Positions 9,744 through 19,763 of a stretch of 64,000 nucleotides of DNA are shown here, in pieces. Position 1 is the first letter of the stretch; every line of letters begins with the position of its first letter. The notes under the pieces were generated by a model, which saw only the letters and a program-made list of their open reading frames with translations, was not told the origin of the DNA and did no database searches. The stretch covers positions 317,163 to 381,162 of the forward strand of contig NZ_JADJCO010000003.1 in the NCBI RefSeq assembly GCF_016703145.1. The letters are read 5' to 3'. A program made the translations under genes and the position numbers. The stretch comes from Ottowia sp. (GTDB taxonomy: Bacteria; Pseudomonadota; Gammaproteobacteria; Burkholderiales; Burkholderiaceae_C).

Positions 9744-10484
9744 ATGACACCGAATTCCACGGGGTTCGCGCCGGATGCTGCCCCGGGGCACAACCGCCTC
9801 ATTGCGGCCGTGCCGGCGGCCGTGCGGGCGACCCTGATGCCACTCCTTGAACCGGTTGACCTCAAGCTGGGCGATGTGCTGTACGAATCCGGCGTGGTGC
9901 AGCAGCACGTGTACTTCCCCATCGACTGCATCGTTTCGCTGCTGTACGTCCTGGAAGATGGGCAATCCGCCGAGATCGCCGTCGTCGGCTTCGAGGGCAT
10001 GGTGGGGGTTTCACTGGTGATGGGCGGGGGCAGCACACCCAACCGCGCGGTGGTCCAGAGTGCCGGGCGTGCATGGCGCCTGGGCGCCCGCCATTTCGGG
10101 CAGCGCCTGGAGCAAAGCGGCCCATTGCTCCATCTGCTGCTGCGCTACACCCAGGCCCTCATCACGCAGATGTGCCAGACGGCCGTGTGCAACCGGCACC
10201 ATTCGCTGGAGCAACAGCTGTGCCGCTGGCTCTTGCTGAGCCTGGACCGGCTGCCAGGCAACGAACTGGTGATGACGCAGGAACTCATCGCCAACATGCT
10301 CGGTGTACGGCGCGAGGGCGTGACCGAGGCGGCCGGCAAGCTGCAGCGCCTGGATCTCATCAAGTACGCCCGTGGCCACATCACGGTACTGGACCGTCCC
10401 GGCCTGGAGCGGCGGGTTTGCGAATGTTATTCAGTGGTCAAGCGCGAGACCGACCGCCTGCTTCCGCGCGAAGCAGCCCTCTGA
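9744..10484 (+). CDS. Crp/Fnr-family transcriptional regulator
   Basis: cNMP-binding beta-barrel (YFPIDCIVSLLYVLEDGQSAEIAVVGFEGMVG) and C-terminal HTH (TQELIANMLGVRREGVTEAAGKLQ). Start at MTPNSTG. Confidence 0.85.
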   Translation: MTPNSTGFAPDAAPGHNRLIAAVPAAVRATLMPLLEPVDLKLGDVLYESGVVQQHVYFPIDCIVSLLYVLEDGQSAEIAVVGFEGMVGVSLVMGGGSTPNRAVVQSAGRAWRLGARHFGQRLEQSGPLLHLLLRYTQALITQMCQTAVCNRHHSLEQQLCRWLLLSLDRLPGNELVMTQELIANMLGVRREGVTEAAGKLQRLDLIKYARGHITVLDRPGLERRVCECYSVVKRETDRLLPREAAL

Positions 10485-10706
10485 GTCCGCGGGCGGCCGC
10501 CCGCGTACTGCACGCCTTGACAACGGAACACGTCGGAAACTGGGCGTTGTTGATGCACCCAGGGTAGCGTGCGTGTCTTTGCGCACAGACCGCGGCCACG
10601 GCCGGGTCTATGCTGGATTCGGTAGCGCAATCCTGCACGGTCCTTCTCCCAAGGCAAGGCGCCCAGCGTGACTCAGAAGCCGACGGGTTCCAACCGGGCG
10701 CACATG

Positions 10707-10805
10707 AAAAAACCCCGGCACAAGGGCCGGGGTGCAAAAGCCTGTCTGCTGTCACACATCTAGGCTCCCGCTCAGGGAGGAAAAGCGGGGAGCGGCGAAC
10801 CGCCC
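10707..10805 (-). ncRNA. Candidate ~99-nt small RNA (no family recognised)
   Basis: Predicted start is about 7 nt after the -10 box. Three hairpins: GGGCGG-UUCG-CCGCUC, CCCGC-UUUUCCUCCCUGA-GCGGG and AGCCU-N18-AGGCU. Then an intrinsic terminator CCCCGGC-CCUUGU-GCCGGGG followed by U6. Lies in the 456-bp crp-hemB spacer, antisense to both genes. Confidence 0.4.
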
Positions 10806-10811
10806 GAAATA

Positions 10812-10840
10812 AATATACCAAAAGTGTCTATGCGCAGCAA
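10812..10840 (-). promoter_or_regulatory. Sigma70-type promoter for the candidate sRNA
   Basis: On the minus strand: TTGCTG (10840-10835), 17-nt spacer, TATATT (10817-10812). Confidence 0.4.
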
Positions 10841-10844
10841 TTGA

Positions 10845-12000
<1,156 letters not shown>

Positions 12001-12012
12001 GGAGAACCTGCC

Positions 12013-13115
12013 GTGCAGATCGTCGAATTCACCGCCGGCAGCCTGCGCTTCGCCGACGCCGTGCCGCCACAGGCACCCGCCGACGGCTTCGTCTGGATCT
12101 ACCTGGAGCGCCCCGAACTCGCCGCGCGCCTGCCCGAGCTGCAGGCCGCCGCGCAGCGCCTGGGCGGCTCGCCGCTGCTCGACGTGCACGCCAAGGACCT
12201 GGCCAACGAGGCCCATCCCTCGCACTACGACGCCACCTCGGTCTACGACCTGGTGATTTTCCGCCGCCTGGCGACCGTCGCCGAAGGCCAGCGCGACGCC
12301 TCGGCGCAGGCACCCATCCCCAGCGCCTTCGCCCGCATCGACTCGCGCGCCGTCGGCTTCGCCGTGTTCGACCGGCTGCTCATCAGCGTGCACCCGCCCG
12401 GCTGCCAAACCGCCGTCGGCTTCATCGAGCGGCTGGCCGCCGACGCCCGGCTCAGCGTCGACGCCACCGCCATCACCCGCACCCGGATGCCGCAAGCCCC
12501 GGCCGACCTGGCGCTGCACATGATCAACGCCATGGTGGACAGCTACCTCGAACTGCGCAAGGAGCTGACCCGCGCCCTCGAACACGCGCAGGGTGAGCTG
12601 CTGCGGCCCGACCCGCCCCAGGACACCTGGGGCGCGCTGATGCACGCGCGCCAGCGCCTGCACCTGCTGCAGGAGCTGTGCGAGGAGCAGCAGGACGCGA
12701 TGCAGGAATGGCTGGACACGCTGCGCGAGCTGCCGCTGGCCGCCTACGCCCCCGAGACGCCGCTGGCGCAGCACCGGCGCGACCAGCTCATGGCCCGCGC
12801 GCGCGACGTGATGGAGCACATCGACCGCGTGCTGCACCCGCGCGCCGGCTGGAGCAGTCGGCCGAGACGGCGGTGCAAATCCACTTCAGCGCCCAGGGCC
12901 ACCGCACCAACGACACCATGCGCACGCTGACGGCGGTGACGGCGGTGTTCCTGCCGCTGAACCTGTTCACCGGCTTCTTCGGCATGAACTTCGACCACCT
13001 GCCGCTCATCCACAGCACCGCCGGCATGTGGGTGGCGCTGGCGCTGCTGATCGCGCTGGCGGCGGGCATCCTGGTCCTGTTCTGGCGCCGGCGGTACCTG
13101 TCGCGCAAGCAATGA
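12013..13115 (+). pseudogene. CorA-family divalent-cation transporter, one frameshift
   Basis: GGAGA RBS then GTG at 12013. The N-terminal domain runs in the frame of ORF 11980..12930. The C-terminus RRLEQSAETAVQIHFSAQGHRTNDTMRTLTAVTAVFLPLNLFTGFFGMNF (GMN motif) runs in the frame of ORF 12678..13115. The switch lies in CACCCGCGCGCCGG near 12835-12848. Confidence 0.75.
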
Positions 13116-13151
13116 CCGGGGGATCGGCGCTCGCGAGACGAAAAACCCGGC

Positions 13152-13841
13152 TCAGCCCACGTGCCGGGCAAAGAACGCCAGCGTGCGCTCGCGCGCCAGC
13201 CGGGCCGAGGGCGCGTCCCAGGTGCCGCGCTGGTCGCAGTTGAAGCCGTGGTGGGCGGGATAGACATGCACCTCGACGTCGGGGTGCGCCTGGCGGAACG
13301 CCTCCACACCGTCCATCGGCACCCATTGGTCACGGTCGGACAGGTGCGCCAGCACCGGCACCTGCGGCCGGCGCGCGATGTCCTGGGCCTGCGTGAGGCC
13401 GCCCGGGTAGTACGGCACGGCGGCGGACAGGCCCTCCAGCCCGCAGGCCGAGCGCCAGGTGAGCAGCCCGCCCCAGCAGTAGCCGACGATGCCCACCTTG
13501 CCGCCGCCGGCCTGCGCGGCGTGGGTGATGGCGGCCTGGATGTCCTGCATCACGCCCGGCTCGGGCAACCCGTCCACCTCGGTCTTGAGGGCAAAGCCGG
13601 CCTGCATGTCGGCGTCGGTGTAGCCCAATTCCACGCCCGGCTTGACGCGCTGGAAGGTGGACGGCGCGACGGCCAGGTAGCCCTCGGCGGCGTAGCCGTC
13701 GGCGACGGCGCGGATGTGCGAGTTGACGCCGAAGATCTCCTGCAGCACCACGATGGCGCCCCGGGGCCGGCCGGCCGGCTGGGCCACGTAGGCGGGAATC
13801 TTCTGGCCGTCGGGGGCCGTGAGGTCGATGAACTGTCCCAT
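13152..13841 (-). CDS. Dienelactone hydrolase family protein
   Basis: 229 aa. VVLQEIFGVNSHIRAVADGYAAEGYLAVAP and nucleophile motif GYCWGG. Start trimmed to MGQFIDL. Confidence 0.85.
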   Translation of the reverse strand: MGQFIDLTAPDGQKIPAYVAQPAGRPRGAIVVLQEIFGVNSHIRAVADGYAAEGYLAVAPSTFQRVKPGVELGYTDADMQAGFALKTEVDGLPEPGVMQDIQAAITHAAQAGGGKVGIVGYCWGGLLTWRSACGLEGLSAAVPYYPGGLTQAQDIARRPQVPVLAHLSDRDQWVPMDGVEAFRQAHPDVEVHVYPAHHGFNCDQRGTWDAPSARLARERTLAFFARHVG

Positions 13842-13852
13842 GCGGTTGACTC

Positions 13853-13912
13853 CTTTTTCAATAGCTGTTGGCGCAATGCGTGCGCGGTCTGGCGGCTGAT
13901 TCAACCCTCGAA
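13853..13912 (+). repeat. Dispersed repeat, copy 3
   Basis: TTTTCAATAGCTGTTGGCGCAATGCGTGCGCGGTCTGGCGGCTGATTCAACCC. Upstream of the dienelactone hydrolase gene. Confidence 0.8.
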
Positions 13913-14033
13913 CGCGGCGCGGGTGGCCGGCCGCGCCGGCGGCCAGGGTGCGGGCATCGTAGCGCGCCGGCCCGGGCCATCTCCTGAATAATGCGTGCCA
14001 GCCCGGCGGACGCCGGGCCTTTTGGAGCCTCTC

Positions 14034-14516
14034 ATGACCCACCCGCAAAAAGACATTCAATATTTCTGGGAAGACCTGGCCGTCGGCACCACGCTGGAGA
14101 TGGGCAGCGTGACCGTCGACCACGACGAGGTCATCGCCTTCGCCAGCAAGTACGACCCCCAGCCCTTCCACCTGGACGACGCGGCCGCCGCCAGGTCGAT
14201 CTTCGGCAAGCTCTCGGCCAGCGGCTGGCACACCTGCGCCATGGCCATGGGGCTGATGGTGCGCAACTTCCTGAACCAGGCGTCCAGCCTGGGCTCGCCC
14301 GGCCTGGAGCAGGTGAAGTGGCTCAGGCCCGTCCACCCCGGCGACACGCTCACGCTGCGCCAGCGCGTGGTCGAGTCGCGCCCCATGAAGTCGCGCCCCG
14401 ACGTCGGCCTGACCCGCACGCATTGGGAAATGTTCAACCAGCATGGCGAGCAGGTGCTGCTGATGGACGGCTACGGCATGTTCCGGCGGCGCACGCCGGC
14501 CGAGGCCGCGTCCTGA
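14034..14516 (+). CDS. MaoC-like (hot-dog fold) dehydratase
   Basis: GGAG RBS 6 nt upstream of the start. FASKYDPQPFHLD...SGWHTCAMAM...WLRPVHPGDTL is typical of MaoC dehydratase domains. Confidence 0.8.
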   Translation: MTHPQKDIQYFWEDLAVGTTLEMGSVTVDHDEVIAFASKYDPQPFHLDDAAAARSIFGKLSASGWHTCAMAMGLMVRNFLNQASSLGSPGLEQVKWLRPVHPGDTLTLRQRVVESRPMKSRPDVGLTRTHWEMFNQHGEQVLLMDGYGMFRRRTPAEAAS

Positions 14517-14518
14517 GC

Positions 14519-14574
14519 GATTTCGGGCACCAGCCCGCATGGGTATTTCGCCAAAAGCTATTTATTTGATAGCG
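14519..14574 (-). repeat. Dispersed repeat, copy 4 (inverted)
   Basis: The reverse complement reads GCTATCAAATAAATAGCTTTTGGCGAAATACCCATGCGGGCTGGTGCCCGAAATC. Lies between the convergent maoC-like gene and glcF. Confidence 0.8.
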
Positions 14575-15799
14575 ATTCGTCCAGCGCCTCGATCCAGTGC
14601 CGCACCGGCACGTCGGTGCCGGACTGCAGGTGCGTGATGCAGCCGATGTTGGCCGACAGGATGGCGGCCGGGCGCTCGGCGGCGCGCTCGCCCTGCAGAT
14701 GGCCCAGCTTGCGGTCGCGCAGGCGCGTGGCCAGCTCGGGCTGCAGCACCGAGTAGGTGCCGGCCGAGCCGCAGCACAGGTGCGGCTCCTGCGCCGCCGC
14801 CCGCAATGTGAAGCCGAGCGCGCGCAGGTGCTGCTCGACCCCGCCGCGCAGCTTCAGCCCGTGCTGCAGCGTGCAGGGCGGGTGCCAGGCCAGCGTGCCA
14901 GCGGGCGCGCGCACGCGGCCCGCCAGCGCGGCGGCGATGTCGGGCAGCAGTTCGCTCACGTCGCGCGCCAGGGCCGACACGCGCGCGGCCTTGTCGGCGT
15001 AACGCGCGTCGCCCCGCAGCAAGTGGCCGTAGTCCTTGACCATCGCGCCGCAGCCCGAGGCGTTGATGACCAGGCCTTCGGCCGCGCCGGATTCGAACCG
15101 CGGCCACCAGGCGTCGATGTTGGCGCGCATCTGCGCCAACCCGCCCTCGGCGTCGGCCAGGTGCCACTTCACCGCGCCGCAGCAGCCCTGGCCGCGCGGG
15201 CGCAGGCTCTGGATGCCCGCCGCGTCCAGCACGCGCGCCGTGGCGGTGTTGATGTTGGGCGCCATGGATGGCTGCACGCAGCCTTCCAGCAGCAGCACCT
15301 TGCGCGCGTGCGCGCGGGTGGGCCAGGCGCCGGCCGGCCGGCGCTCGGGCACCTTGGCCCGCAGCGCCGCCGGCAGCAGCCCGCGCACCGACTGGCCCAG
15401 GCGCATCGCCGGGCCGAACAGCGGCGACGACAGGCCGGCGCGCAGCAGCGCGCGCTGGCGCCGCTCGGCCGGCGGGCGCGGCACCTGGCGCTCCACCACC
15501 TGGCGGCCGATGTCCACCAGGTGGCCGTACTGCACGCCGCTGGGGCAGGTGGTCTCGCAGTTGCGGCAGGTGAGGCACCGGTCCAGGTGCAGCTGCGTCT
15601 GGCGCGTGGGCGCGTGGCCTTCCAGCACCTGCTTGATGAGGTAGATGCGCCCGCGCGGGCCGTCCAGCTCGTCGCCCAGCAGTTGGTAGGTGGGACAGGT
15701 GGCGGTGCAGAAGCCGCAGTGCACGCACTTGCGCAGGATGGCCTCGGCCTCGCGGCCTTCGGGCGTGCCTTGGAACTCGGGCGCGAGCGTGGTTTGCAT
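14558..15799 (-). CDS. glcF: Glycolate oxidase iron-sulfur subunit
   Basis: Two 4Fe-4S motifs (CVHCGFCTATCP, CLTCRNCETTCP) and CCG domains (GCCGAV, LCCGSAG). The start ATG overlaps the glcE stop (ATGA at 15799). Confidence 0.9.
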   Translation of the reverse strand: MQTTLAPEFQGTPEGREAEAILRKCVHCGFCTATCPTYQLLGDELDGPRGRIYLIKQVLEGHAPTRQTQLHLDRCLTCRNCETTCPSGVQYGHLVDIGRQVVERQVPRPPAERRQRALLRAGLSSPLFGPAMRLGQSVRGLLPAALRAKVPERRPAGAWPTRAHARKVLLLEGCVQPSMAPNINTATARVLDAAGIQSLRPRGQGCCGAVKWHLADAEGGLAQMRANIDAWWPRFESGAAEGLVINASGCGAMVKDYGHLLRGDARYADKAARVSALARDVSELLPDIAAALAGRVRAPAGTLAWHPPCTLQHGLKLRGGVEQHLRALGFTLRAAAQEPHLCCGSAGTYSVLQPELATRLRDRKLGHLQGERAAERPAAILSANIGCITHLQSGTDVPVRHWIEALDESLSNK

Positions 15800-16869
15800 C
15801 AGAAATCCGGGGTCATGCGGCCGGGACTCAGGATGCCCGCCGGGTCGAAGGCCTGCTTGAGCTGCGCGTGGATGCGCGCCAGCGGCGCCGGCAGCGGCGT
15901 GAACACGGGCACCGTGCCGTCGCCGCCGCGAAACAGCGTGGCGTGGCCGCCCGCGCGCGCCGCCGCCTCGCGCACCTGCGGCGCGGCGTGCGGCGGCAGC
16001 TTGACCCATCGCTGCGCGCCGTGCCATTCGACCAGCGTCGGCCCCAGGTTCAGCGGCGTGGCGGTGTCGGGCACGCTGGCGCGCCACAGCGCCTCGGCGG
16101 GCCCCAGGCGGAAGAAGGGCAGGGCCTGGTCGCGCAGCGCGGCCCACTGGCGCGCGGCGCGCTCGCCGTCCAGCGCCTGGCCGCCCATGGCGCGGCGCGC
16201 GGCCTCGACCGCCGCGCGCGCGCCGCGCAGGCGCACGGCCAGTTGGCCATCGGCCCAGCAGCTCGCGTTGAGGGGCAGGGGCTTGCCGCCCCAGCGGTTG
16301 AGCTGCTGGCGCGCGCTGGTCTCGGACAGCTCGAACAGCAGCGTGCATTCGGCCGGCGGCATGGGCAGCACCTTCAGGCTGACTTCCACGATCACGCCCA
16401 GCGTGCCCATCGAGCCGGCCATCAGCCGGCTGACGTCGTAGCCGGCCACGTTCTTCATCACCTGGCCGCCGAAGGTGAGCAGCTCGCCCCGGCCGTTGAG
16501 CATGCGCACGCCCAGCACGTGGTCGCGCACGCCGCCCACGCTGGCGCGTGCCGGCCCGGCCAGCCCGGCCGCGACCATGCCGCCCACGGTGCCGGCGACG
16601 CCGAAGCGCGGCGGCTCGAAAGGCAGGCATTGGCCGTGCTCGGCCAGCAGCGCCTCCAGCTCGCGCAGGCGGGTGCCGGCGCGCGCGGTGACGACCAGCT
16701 CGCTCGGCTCGTGGCTGACGATGCCGGCCAGGGGCCGCACGTCCAGCAGCTCGCCGTGCAGGCGCTGGCCATAAAAGTCCTTGGTGCCGCAGCCCCGGAT
16801 GCGCAGCGGCCGCCCGCGGTCGGCGGCGTTGCGCAGCTTGTCGGCGAGGGCGTCGAGGGAGGTGTCCAT
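15799..16869 (-). CDS. glcE: Glycolate oxidase FAD-binding subunit
   Basis: FAD-binding PCMH-type domain (RIRGCGTKDFYG, VSHEPSELVVTARAGT, NVAGYDVSRLMAGSMGTLG), immediately upstream of glcF. Confidence 0.85.
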   Translation of the reverse strand: MDTSLDALADKLRNAADRGRPLRIRGCGTKDFYGQRLHGELLDVRPLAGIVSHEPSELVVTARAGTRLRELEALLAEHGQCLPFEPPRFGVAGTVGGMVAAGLAGPARASVGGVRDHVLGVRMLNGRGELLTFGGQVMKNVAGYDVSRLMAGSMGTLGVIVEVSLKVLPMPPAECTLLFELSETSARQQLNRWGGKPLPLNASCWADGQLAVRLRGARAAVEAARRAMGGQALDGERAARQWAALRDQALPFFRLGPAEALWRASVPDTATPLNLGPTLVEWHGAQRWVKLPPHAAPQVREAAARAGGHATLFRGGDGTVPVFTPLPAPLARIHAQLKQAFDPAGILSPGRMTPDF

Positions 16870-16926
16870 GGCGAGCCGATGGTAAACCCTGAGGCACTCT
16901 CCCGCCGGGCCCGGCGATGCGCGAAA

Positions 16927-16990
16927 ACTATGTTTTTTATAGCTATTGGCGCAACAAGGACAATGGCTTCCGGCCGATTTGGCACGAAGA
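16927..16990 (+). repeat. Dispersed repeat, copy 5
   Basis: CTATGTTTTTTATAGCTATTGGCGCAACAAGGACAATGGCTTCCGGCCGATTTGGCACGAAG. Lies between the glcE start and the amtB terminator. Confidence 0.75.
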
Positions 16991-16992
16991 AT

Positions 16993-17018
16993 AAAAAAAT
17001 CCCGCCGAGGAGGCGGGA
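16993..17018 (-). terminator. Intrinsic terminator of amtB
   Basis: Minus strand TCCCGCC-TCCTC-GGCGGGA followed by T7, 32 nt after the amtB stop. Confidence 0.8.
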
Positions 17019-17049
17019 TCAAGACCCTTCGCGGAGGCCAGAGGAGAAC

Positions 17050-18393
17050 TCAGCGGTTGTAGGCGGTCTCGCCGTGGCTGGAGATGTCGAGGCCCTGGCG
17101 TTCTTCTTCCTCGGTCACGCGCAGGCCGATCATCAGGTCCACGAGCTTGTAGAGCACCACCGAGACCACGCCCGACCAGGCGATGGTGAACAGCACGCTC
17201 TTGACCTGGATCCACACCTGCGCGCCCATGGCGAAGTCCGCCGCGGCGGTGCCGCCCAGCGCCGGGGCCGCGAACACGCCGGTGAGGATGGCGCCCAGGA
17301 TGCCGCCGACGCCGTGCACGCCGAACACGTCGAAGGCGTCGTCGGCCTTCAGCAGGCGCTTGAGGCCGCTCACGCCCCACAGGCAGACCAGGCCGGCCAG
17401 CGCGCCGATGACGATGGAGCCCATCGGCCCGACGAAGCCGGCCGCCGGCGTGATGGCCACCAGCCCGCCGACCGCGCCCGAGGCGGCGCCCAGCATCGAA
17501 GCCTTGCCTTTGTGCATGGCCTCGCCGGCGCACCAGCCCAGCGTGGCGGCGGCGGTGGCCAACACGGTGTTGACGAAGGCCAGGCCGGCCGTGCCGTTGG
17601 CGGCGCCGGCCGAGCCGGCGTTGAAACCGAACCAGCCCACCCACAGCAGCGAGGCGCCCACCATGGTCAGCGTCAGCGAGTGCGGGGTGAACGCCTCGCG
17701 GCCGAAGCCCACGCGCTTGCCCACCACGTAGGCGCCCACCAGACCGGCGATGCCGGCGTTGATGTGCACCACGGTGCCACCAGCGAAGTCGAGCGCGCCG
17801 TCCTGGGCCAGCAAGCCGCCGCCCCAGACGATGTGCGCCATCGGCACGTAGCTGAGCGCGAACCACAGCGCCGAGAACACCAGCACGGCGGAGAACTTCA
17901 TGCGCTCGGCGAAGGAGCCGACGATCAGCGCCACGGTGATGGCGGCGAAGGTGCCCTGGAAGGCGACGAAGACGTATTCGGGGATGGTCGCCAGCGCGCC
18001 GATGGTGTCGGTGGTGACGCCCTTGAGGAACAGCTTGTCGAAGCCGCCGACGAAGTTGCCCTCGCCGCTGAAGGCCAGGCTGTAGCCGAACACCGCCCAC
18101 AGGATGCTGATGAGCGAGAACACGACGAAGACCTGCATCAGCACGCTGAGCATGTTCTTGCTGCGCGTCAGGCCGCCGTAGAACAGGGCCAGGCCGGGGA
18201 TGGTCATCAGGATGACCAGCAGGGTGGAGGTCAGCATCCAGGCGGTGTCGCCGGAATCGACCTTGGGCGCGGCCTCGGCCGCCACGGCGGCGGCGGAAGC
18301 GGCGGCCTCGGGGGCCGCGGCCTGCGCCAGGGCCAGCCCGCTGCCCAGCAGCAGGCTCAGGCCCAGCGCGGGGGATGCGAATCGGGATTTCAT
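17050..18393 (-). CDS. amtB: Ammonium transporter
   Basis: Signal peptide MKSRFASPALGLSLLLGSGLALAQA, then an Amt family match (AFAGGTVVHINAGIAGLV, FGVHGVGGILGAILTG). GGAGGA RBS upstream of ATG 18393. Confidence 0.95.
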   Translation of the reverse strand: MKSRFASPALGLSLLLGSGLALAQAAAPEAAASAAAVAAEAAPKVDSGDTAWMLTSTLLVILMTIPGLALFYGGLTRSKNMLSVLMQVFVVFSLISILWAVFGYSLAFSGEGNFVGGFDKLFLKGVTTDTIGALATIPEYVFVAFQGTFAAITVALIVGSFAERMKFSAVLVFSALWFALSYVPMAHIVWGGGLLAQDGALDFAGGTVVHINAGIAGLVGAYVVGKRVGFGREAFTPHSLTLTMVGASLLWVGWFGFNAGSAGAANGTAGLAFVNTVLATAAATLGWCAGEAMHKGKASMLGAASGAVGGLVAITPAAGFVGPMGSIVIGALAGLVCLWGVSGLKRLLKADDAFDVFGVHGVGGILGAILTGVFAAPALGGTAAADFAMGAQVWIQVKSVLFTIAWSGVVSVVLYKLVDLMIGLRVTEEEERQGLDISSHGETAYNR

Positions 18394-18419
18394 GTTGGGG
18401 TCCTCCTTGGTACGGCGGG

Positions 18420-18818
<399 letters not shown>

Positions 18819-18825
<7 letters not shown>

Positions 18826-19580
18826 GTGTACTTGACGCCCACCACCAGCCCGGTGCGCCCGGTGAAGCGCCCGCTGGGCGTGACGTACAGCGCCTTGTCG
18901 GCGTTGGTGCCGATCACGGCGGCGCTGGCCGACAGACCGTTGCCGAAGTCCTTGTTCAGCGTCAGCGCCCAGTCGGTGTACGAGAAGGCGCTGTTGTGGC
19001 GGATCCACTGGCGCCCCACGTGCGGCACCACCGACCAGCCGTCGCCGAGGTCGAAGTTGGCGGAGAGGTCCAGGTAGCCGCTGCCCTTGCTGTCGTCGAA
19101 GCCGAACAGGTTGGTCAGCGAGTGCGAGTACTTGACCGTGAACATCTCGTAGCTCAGCGCGCCGTAGATCTCGGTGGTGTTGGGGCTGGTGCCCAGCTTG
19201 GCGTTGGGGTACTGGTAGCGCAGCAGGCCGACGTCGTAGCCGATGGGGCCGGCTGTGCCCTTGTAGCCGCCGTACACGTCCCATTCGAGCGGCGCGTCGC
19301 CGCCGGCGTCCTTGACCCACTTGATGGTGGTCAGCCAGGTGCCCACGTACAGGCCGCTGGCGTGGCTGTAGTCGGCGCCGGCGCTGACGGCGGGCTTCAG
19401 GCGGGTCTGCGCGATGCCGCGGTAGCGGTAGTCGGTGGTCAATGCGGCGTTGAAGCTGAAGCTGTGCTCCGGCGTGGGCGCTTCGGCCGGCGCGGTGGCC
19501 TGGGCCAGCACGGCGCCGGAAGCGGCCAGGGCGGCCGTGGCCAGGGTGAGTCGTTGCAGGGTGCGCAGGGTCGTGGTCAT
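18819..19580 (-). CDS. TorF-family outer-membrane beta-barrel (putative porin)
   Basis: Signal peptide, alternating beta-strand pattern, C-terminal ...VVGVKYTF. Resembles the TIGR02001/TorF family. AGGAGG RBS upstream of ATG 19580. Confidence 0.55.
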
Positions 19581-19616
19581 GGGTGTCCTCCTTAGGATGG
19601 TGTGCACCCCTCACCA

Positions 19617-19632
19617 TGCAGGGAGCGTGCCA
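19617..19632 (-). promoter_or_regulatory. Sigma54 (-24/-12) promoter for porin-glnK-amtB
   Basis: Minus strand TGGCACGCTCCCTGCA matches TGGCAC-N5-TTGCW at 15 of 16 defined/spaced positions. It ends 36 nt upstream of ATG 19580. Confidence 0.55.
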
Positions 19633-19686
19633 GCGCACCGACGCGCTACAGTTCAGCTGCGCCGCCGCACGATGCGCGGCGCACGG

Positions 19687-19703
19687 CGCACTATTTCGGT
19701 GCA
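19687..19703. promoter_or_regulatory. Candidate NtrC-type enhancer site
   Basis: CGCACTATTTCGGTGCA resembles TGCACY-N5-GGTGCA. It lies about 60-80 bp upstream of the sigma54 element. Confidence 0.35.
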
Positions 19704-19763
19704 TTTGTGCGCCGGCCGCGCCATCGATTCCACCGAAGCACCAAAACAGGGAGGCGCCGCCAC

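Noticed and set aside
10438-10821. A 127-aa minus-strand ORF, and a 28-aa ORF with a GGGAG-like RBS, both overlapping the candidate sRNA.
   Set aside because: The long ORF runs through the promoter and the terminator hairpin and is Arg/Pro-rich. The short one would have to read through the terminator stem. A non-coding interpretation is preferred.
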